From the NCBI GenBank assembly GCA_965223855.1, contig CBDCXM010000009.1, positions 1,408,001 to 1,472,000 of the forward strand: a DNA stretch of 64,000 nt. The letters run 5' to 3'. Of the stretch, positions 58,661 through 64,000 are shown one piece after another. The notes under the pieces were generated by a model. That model was not told the origin of the DNA. It saw only the letters and a list, made by a program, of their open reading frames with translations, and searched no databases. The position numbers were made by a program, and so were the translations under genes. The stretch comes from Candidatus Multivoradales bacterium. Lineage in GTDB: Bacteria; Acidobacteriota; Thermoanaerobaculia; Multivoradales; JAHEKO01. The stretch's first letter is position 1; each line of letters begins with the position of its first letter.

Positions 58661-58679
58661 CTGGTGTCAGAAGTCCAGG

Positions 58680-58922
58680 CTAGGACTCGCCCCTCTCCTC
58701 CCGCTCCCTCTCCTCCATCTTCTTGCGCAGGCTCAGCGGACGCATGTCGGTCCACACCTCTTCGATGTGGTCGAGACACTCCTGCTTGGAGCCGAAGAAG
58801 CCGTCCCACTTCCACCCCGGTGGAACCTCGCGATCCTCGAACCAGATCGAGTACTGCTCCTCGTGATTGATGACGACGCCGTAGCGCCGGTCGTCCTCTT
58901 CGTCCCACCAGTTGTCGCTCAT
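58680..58922 (-). CDS. MbtH-like protein
   Basis: [12 protein letters not shown]...VPPGW...[17 protein letters not shown]. Confidence 0.95.
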   Translation of the reverse strand: MSDNWWDEEDDRRYGVVINHEEQYSIWFEDREVPPGWKWDGFFGSKQECLDHIEEVWTDMRPLSLRKKMEEREREERGES

Positions 58923-59085
58923 CGAGTCGTCTCCATGTGTTGAGTTATGGCTGCATTCTAGCGGTGGAAGTGAGGTTGTCCCCGAGTCAGGTCATGCGGT
59001 GTGCGTGTCGGGCTTTCCATCGCTTCCCTGCAACCGGGAGCGTGTCGACGTCGAAGGAGGTCGTGATCTTCGATGGAGGTGCTCG

Positions 59086-60405
59086 ATGCGAGCCGCTGCA
59101 GCTGTCCTCGCCAGAAGGCTGTCCCTGGCCCCGTTCCCGGCCCTGTTCCTTGCGCTGGTCCCCGCGTGGGCCATGGCACAGCCCGCCCCGGCCCATCTCG
59201 CCCCGGCTGAGCCCGGTAGCGCCTCGACACCCACGACCGATTCGTGGAACCAGTGGCGAGGCCCGAACCGCGACGGCACGATCGCCGGCCCCGAGTGGCC
59301 GCAGGCACTCGACGGGCTCGAGCGGCTGTGGCGGGTCGAGCTCGGCGAGGGGTACTCGGGAGCGATCGTCTCGACTGACAGGGTGTTCGTCGTCGAGTCG
59401 ATCGACAACCGCGAAGAGGCGGTCCGGGCGCTCGATCGCAGGTCGGGCGCCGAGTTATGGAGCGTTTCCTGGGAGGCGACGGGGAGCGTGCCGTTCTTCG
59501 CCCGGCGCAACGGCGACTGGGTGCGCGCCACGCCGGTCTACGACGGCGAGGCGCTCTACGTCGGCGGGATGGAGGAGGTTCTCGTCAAGCTGGACGCCGC
59601 TACCGGACGCGAGCTGTGGCGGGTGGACTTCCCGCAGCGCTTCGGCACGCGGACGCCGGACTTCGGCTTCGCCAGTTCGCCACTTCTCCACGGCGAGGCT
59701 CTCTACGTCCAGGCGGCCAATTCGCTGGTGAAGCTCGACCTCGGGACGGGAGAGACGCTCTGGCGCTCGCTCGAGAGCGCCGGCGACATGATGGACAGCG
59801 GCGCCTTCTCGTCGCCGGTCGTCGCGACGCTCGGTGGACTTCCACAGCTCGTCGTCGGCTCCCGTCACCGCCTCCACGGCGTGACGCTCGACAGCGGGGA
59901 AGTCCTGTGGTCGCACGATGTGCCCAACTTCCGAGGCATGAACATCCTGACGCCGCTCGTTCACGGCGACTCTGTCTTCACCAGCTCGCATCGCAATGGC
60001 AGCTACCGTTACGACATCTCGGAGAGCGAGGACGGCTTCGTGGTGGTGGAGGCGTGGCGCAACAAGGTGCAGGGGTACATGTCGTCGCCGGTCGTCGTCG
60101 ATGGCCACGTCTACCTCCACCTCGGCAACGGGCGCCTCGCCTGCCTCGATCTCGCCAGCGGTCGGGAGACCTGGATCTCGAAGCCGTTCGGCGACTACTG
60201 GAGTCTGATCGCCCAGGGAGACTCCATCCTGGCTCTCGACGCGGACGGCGAACTGCATCTTCTGCGGGCCAACCCGGAGGCGCTCGAGCTGCTCGACTCG
60301 AGATCGGTGGCCGCCGAGCCGACCTGGGGGCACCTCGCCGTGAGCGGGCGTGAGCTGTTCGTCCGAGAGCTCAACGCCGTCACGGCCTATCGCTGGATTC
60401 CGTGA
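59086..60405 (+). CDS. PQQ-like beta-propeller repeat protein
   Basis: WNQWRGPNRDG; repeated LD..TG..LW and SSP motifs; signal peptide. Confidence 0.85.
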   Translation: MRAAAAVLARRLSLAPFPALFLALVPAWAMAQPAPAHLAPAEPGSASTPTTDSWNQWRGPNRDGTIAGPEWPQALDGLERLWRVELGEGYSGAIVSTDRVFVVESIDNREEAVRALDRRSGAELWSVSWEATGSVPFFARRNGDWVRATPVYDGEALYVGGMEEVLVKLDAATGRELWRVDFPQRFGTRTPDFGFASSPLLHGEALYVQAANSLVKLDLGTGETLWRSLESAGDMMDSGAFSSPVVATLGGLPQLVVGSRHRLHGVTLDSGEVLWSHDVPNFRGMNILTPLVHGDSVFTSSHRNGSYRYDISESEDGFVVVEAWRNKVQGYMSSPVVVDGHVYLHLGNGRLACLDLASGRETWISKPFGDYWSLIAQGDSILALDADGELHLLRANPEALELLDSRSVAAEPTWGHLAVSGRELFVRELNAVTAYRWIP

Positions 60406-60513
60406 TCCGACGCTGAACCCGGCGCAGGAGCGCGACGGCCGATCGGTCGGCCCACCTTGTGCTCGGGTGATACCGTCTCGCGGTTTCCACTCACCTGCCC
60501 TGGAGGTCTGCGA

Positions 60514-61785
60514 ATGTCGCGACGTTGTCTGGCCGGACTCTTTTTCTCGCTGCTACCTGCGGTCCTCGCTGCCGAGACGCTCGCCGTCCGCGCTGCGAGC
60601 TACCTCGATGTCGACAGCGGGCGGCTCGTAAGCCCCGCCGTCGTGGTCGTCGAGGACGGCGCGATCACTTCGATCAACGGTCCGATTCCCGATGGTGTCG
60701 AGATCGTCGAACTCGGCGACCGCGTGCTGTTGCCGGGACTGATGGACGCCCATGTTCATCTCGCCATCGACTCGGCCGGTTTCGGCGGCCGGGTCCTTTC
60801 GCTGAGCGGTGCCGACGCCACCGTGATCGGGGTCGAGTCGGCCCGCAAGACGCTCCTGGCGGGCTTCACCACCGTGCGCGACCTCGCCCAGGTACACCCG
60901 GCGCTCGATCTCGTAGTAGTGGCGCTCGCCCGCGGGGTCGCCGAGGGGCGAATCGTCGGACCGGAGATCCTCGCCTCCGGCCACGCGCTGAGCATCTCGG
61001 GGGGCCACATCGATCCGGCGATGTTCATGCAGGCGAGCGAGGGGACCCTCGACCTCGGTCCCGAGCACGGCGTAGCTGACGGGGTCGATGAGGTGCTCAA
61101 GGCGACCCGCTACCAGATCAAGCACGGAGCCCGGGTGATCAAGATCTCCGCCACCGCCGGGGTCATGTCGCTCGAGCCGAGCGTGGGTGCACAGCAGTAC
61201 ACGATCGAAGAGATGCGAACCGCGGTCGAGGAAGCCGGTCGGCACGAGATCCGCGTGGCCGCCCACGCCCACGGCACCGACGGCATCAACGCCGCCCTCG
61301 AGGCGGGCGTTGCCTCGATCGAGCACGGCAGTCTGCTCGACGAACGCAGTCTCGAGCTCTTTCTCGATACCGGCGCCTATCTCGTGCCGACGACCGGTCT
61401 CGTCGACGTCATCGACACCGCCGGATTGCCGGAGCTGATCCGCCGCAAGGCCGAGTCCGTCCTGCCGCAGGCTCGAGCCGGCGTCTCCCGTGCCATCGAG
61501 GCCGGGATCAACATCGCCGTCGGCTCCGACGCGCCTCTCATCCCTCACGGGGAGAACGCCCGGGAGATTCTCGCACTGTCCGAGCGCGGGATGAGCGCCG
61601 CCGATGCGATCCGCGCGGCGACCGTCGCCACCGCCGACCTCTTCGGCCTCGACGACCGGGGCCGGATCGCAGTAGGGCTGCGAGCCGACCTGATCGCGGT
61701 CCCGGCAAACCCGTTGGACGATCTCGAGAGCCTGCTCGCCGTCGACTTCGTGATGAAGGACGGGGAAGTGTTCCGGAGGCCCTGA
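60514..61785 (+). CDS. Amidohydrolase family (Xaa-Pro dipeptidase-like), exported
   Basis: PGLMDAHVH, GFTTVRD, AHAHG, IEHGS, GSDA, ADLIAV..NPL. Confidence 0.9.
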   Translation: MSRRCLAGLFFSLLPAVLAAETLAVRAASYLDVDSGRLVSPAVVVVEDGAITSINGPIPDGVEIVELGDRVLLPGLMDAHVHLAIDSAGFGGRVLSLSGADATVIGVESARKTLLAGFTTVRDLAQVHPALDLVVVALARGVAEGRIVGPEILASGHALSISGGHIDPAMFMQASEGTLDLGPEHGVADGVDEVLKATRYQIKHGARVIKISATAGVMSLEPSVGAQQYTIEEMRTAVEEAGRHEIRVAAHAHGTDGINAALEAGVASIEHGSLLDERSLELFLDTGAYLVPTTGLVDVIDTAGLPELIRRKAESVLPQARAGVSRAIEAGINIAVGSDAPLIPHGENAREILALSERGMSAADAIRAATVATADLFGLDDRGRIAVGLRADLIAVPANPLDDLESLLAVDFVMKDGEVFRRP

Positions 61786-61821
61786 AGGAAAGCTGCGCTC
61801 CTCCCGCCTGCCTCCAGAGGT

Positions 61822-62271
61822 CTATCTCCAGTAGAGCCGCGCTTCCCGCTCGGTCGGCAGGGCGATCTGCACGTCCTGCTCGAGTCCGAGCCGTTGCCGC
61901 CCCTGTCTGAGCTCGTCCAGCACATCGACGACCGCACCGTAGGCCGATTCGCCGCCCGGCTTGACGATCACCGGCTTGAGCGGATTGGCCGCGAGCTTCG
62001 GACCCAGCTCGGCAAGGAGCTCCCCGAGCACGATCGGGCGCCCGTCGAGCTCCAGACGCCCTTCTCCGAGGACCGCGACGAGGACCGCTTCGACGGGGTC
62101 GATCTCCGCCGCCTGCTCCTGCTCGACCGGGAACTCGAGGTCGAGACCCCTCGTAGCGGCGAAGGTCGCCGTCACCATGAAGAAAATGATCAGCAGGAAG
62201 GCGATGTCGGCCATCGACGAGGTCGGGATCTCATCGCTCACCGGAAGACGGCGGAGTGTGTCCTTCTTCAT
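61822..62271 (-). CDS. ExbD/TolR family protein
   Basis: EIPTSSMADIAFLLIIFFMVTATF...YGAVVDVLDEL. Confidence 0.88.
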   Translation of the reverse strand: MKKDTLRRLPVSDEIPTSSMADIAFLLIIFFMVTATFAATRGLDLEFPVEQEQAAEIDPVEAVLVAVLGEGRLELDGRPIVLGELLAELGPKLAANPLKPVIVKPGGESAYGAVVDVLDELRQGRQRLGLEQDVQIALPTEREARLYWR

Positions 62272-62342
62272 GCTGACTGAGACTGAGACGGGGCGGTAGG
62301 ACCACGGTTCCCGGGACCGGGCCTCGTCTGGCCGACCTCGTC

Positions 62343-62852
62343 TCAACCGGGCTCGAGTTCGAGAGCCCGTTCGGCCCAGTGCCGCACCGTCTCGTGGTGG
62401 GCGGCCCAGACAGCCCACATCTGCTCCGCCCACTGCCGCACGAGGTCACGATGCCGCTGCGTCGAGCCTGCGCGGGCGACGTCCGCCGCTGTCAGCGGGC
62501 CGAGCCCGGCCGGAGGCTCGAGCCAGTGGAAGGTGCTCTTGTGGCGCGCCGCCGCCCTCATTACGGCGTCGGTCCTCTCCGGTGGGAAGCCTCGCTCGAA
62601 GATCAGGTACAGCCGGATGAGGTGGACACCGGCCGACTGGATCGTCTGAGGACTCGGCCGCCCCGGATGCTGTACCGCGTAGGCATCGACGGTCAGCTTG
62701 TGCACTCCCATCAGCTCGAAGTCGGAATACTCGCGGGCGAGGACCTCGCCGTAGACCGCCCAGCACGAAGGACTCGACTCGAGATACCGGTGGGTGGGGC
62801 CCTCGACCGCCGTGAGCTCTGCGCCGCAGCCGACGCAGCGTTCGGTCAGCAC
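62343..62852 (-). CDS. DUF5946-like protein with N-terminal CxxC
   Basis: CVGCG...HRYLESSPSCW...HKLTVDAYAVQHPG...WAEQMWAVW. Confidence 0.75.
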   Translation of the reverse strand: MLTERCVGCGAELTAVEGPTHRYLESSPSCWAVYGEVLAREYSDFELMGVHKLTVDAYAVQHPGRPSPQTIQSAGVHLIRLYLIFERGFPPERTDAVMRAAARHKSTFHWLEPPAGLGPLTAADVARAGSTQRHRDLVRQWAEQMWAVWAAHHETVRHWAERALELEPG

Positions 62853-63002
62853 TCCGGACTCCACGGCAACTGCGACGCCGCTCCTCGGCCGATCGTCCTG
62901 GTGGAGTAGCGGCGGGATCTGCGGAGTCTGCCCGAAACGAGGTCGCATAGGATCACGGTGCCGGGGGCCGGTTCCCTCGGCGGACCTGGAAGGGGACCCG
63001 AC

Positions 63003-63446
63003 ATGACCGACACCGCCCGGCGGCTCCACACGGCTTTCCTGGCTGCTCTCTGTTGCATCGTTCTGGCTCCGAGCCTCGCATGGAGCGACGATCACACCGC
63101 TCATAGCGCCACGATGAGCTTCAAGGGCAGTGACGAGGAACTCGCCGCCTTCTCCTGGAGCGGCACGCCGCGACCGCTCGCTCCCGGCATTATGTTCGAG
63201 ACGCTGATGGACCGCCCCGCGGGGGACGGCGACTTCGTCGTCGCCGTGAACGCCTCCTCCTGCGAGACTCTCGGCGAGCAGGTCGGCGAGGGCGCCGGCC
63301 AGATGGAGATCCGCTTCTTCGACAAGGCCCGCCAACTCGGCCTGCTGGCGCGGGGATCGGCATCGATCGAGGCAGCCGACTGCGAGGGCGGCCCGCGCAC
63401 GGTGACCGTCAAGCCGGGCAGCGGCTTCTCTTTCCAGCAACCCTGA
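63003..63446 (+). CDS. Hypothetical exported protein
   Basis: Signal peptide ending SLA-WS; one Cys pair in the mature part. Confidence 0.55.
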   Translation: MTDTARRLHTAFLAALCCIVLAPSLAWSDDHTAHSATMSFKGSDEELAAFSWSGTPRPLAPGIMFETLMDRPAGDGDFVVAVNASSCETLGEQVGEGAGQMEIRFFDKARQLGLLARGSASIEAADCEGGPRTVTVKPGSGFSFQQP

Positions 63447-63474
63447 TCGCGAACGCGGTCGGCCTGAGGCGCAC

Positions 63475-63765
63475 GTGCCGGAATCACCCGACGACGTCGA
63501 CGGTCCTGACGACGACTACGTACCCGATGTCGGCTTCGACCCGGAGGATCTGCCCCGCCTGCTCGAATGGGAGATGCCCTTCGGCCGCTACCAGGGCCGC
63601 ACGCTGATCGATCTGCCCGAGGAGTACCTGTTGTGGTTCGAACGGCGTGGCTTCCCCGCCAGCGACCTCGGCCGCCTGATGGAACTGACGCTCGGGATCA
63701 AGCGCCACGGCGCCGAGCCGGCGATGCGCCAGCTGGCGCGGCGCTTGATCGCGCTTCGGAGGTAG
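63475..63765 (+). CDS. DUF3820 family protein
   Basis: MPFGRYQGRTLIDLPEEYLLWF..GFP...LG.LM...IK.HG. Confidence 0.88.
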   Translation: MPESPDDVDGPDDDYVPDVGFDPEDLPRLLEWEMPFGRYQGRTLIDLPEEYLLWFERRGFPASDLGRLMELTLGIKRHGAEPAMRQLARRLIALRR

Positions 63766-63802
63766 GTCGGCGCGGGCGCTGATGGCCGGACAAACTACCG
63801 GC

Positions 63803-64000
63803 TCAGATCGCCGCCACGAAGAAGCCGATGACCACGAGGCCGAAGAGGGTGAGGACGACCCCCACGGCCCACTGCAGCGCCCGCAACAGCGTCTGGAAGT
63901 GCCTGCGCCTGGACGCCGATTCCGTCTCGGCGATCACCTCCCGCAGCAGTCGGAAGTCCCGATGGTGATCGACGAACCAGCTGACCTCCTTGCCCTCGCG
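63803..64000 (-). CDS. C-terminal part of a hypothetical membrane protein
   Basis: Open frame to the window edge ending in a TM helix (WAVGVVLTLFGLVVIGFFVAAI). Confidence 0.5.
   Translation of the reverse strand, partial: REGKEVSWFVDHHRDFRLLREVIAETESASRRRHFQTLLRALQWAVGVVLTLFGLVVIGFFVAAI

Noticed and set aside
58680-58682. Pyrrolysine or amber readthrough of the mbtH TAG
   Set aside because: MbtH is complete at normal length and the downstream sequence is frameshifted; no pyl context.

Overview
High-GC bacterial chromosome segment (roughly 70% G+C by eye). Gene content suggests Acidobacteriota, probably Thermoanaerobaculia-like; this is an inference. It holds a lipid A/Kdo/heptose operon (waaA-lpxK-lpxL-waaF), a divergent ECF sigma/zinc anti-sigma/T2SS-T4P-type operon ending in dut, many single accessory genes, a GAF histidine kinase/NarL-type regulator pair next to a tandem USP, and an MtrA/MtrB-type porin-decaheme module divergent from a monoheme cytochrome c, NapC/NirT tetraheme, PFOR and DHOD-like operon. 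Further on are an orphan contractile tail-sheath gene, a TonB-dependent receptor and an orphan MbtH. The best candidate for an undescribed system is missed by the ORF track. An exported thioredoxin is translationally coupled to a signal-peptide-bearing outer-membrane beta-barrel whose N-terminus reads through two in-frame TGA codons as U-A-G-U, followed by a SECIS-like hairpin, i.e. a putative UxxU selenoprotein porin. Other notable signals: a repeated 7-4-7 palindromic operator at fixed spacing from -10 boxes linking the two-component system, USP and cytochrome loci; a single-chain tandem CsrA-like protein; and widespread leaderless promoters. No rRNA, tRNA, CRISPR array or IS element was seen.
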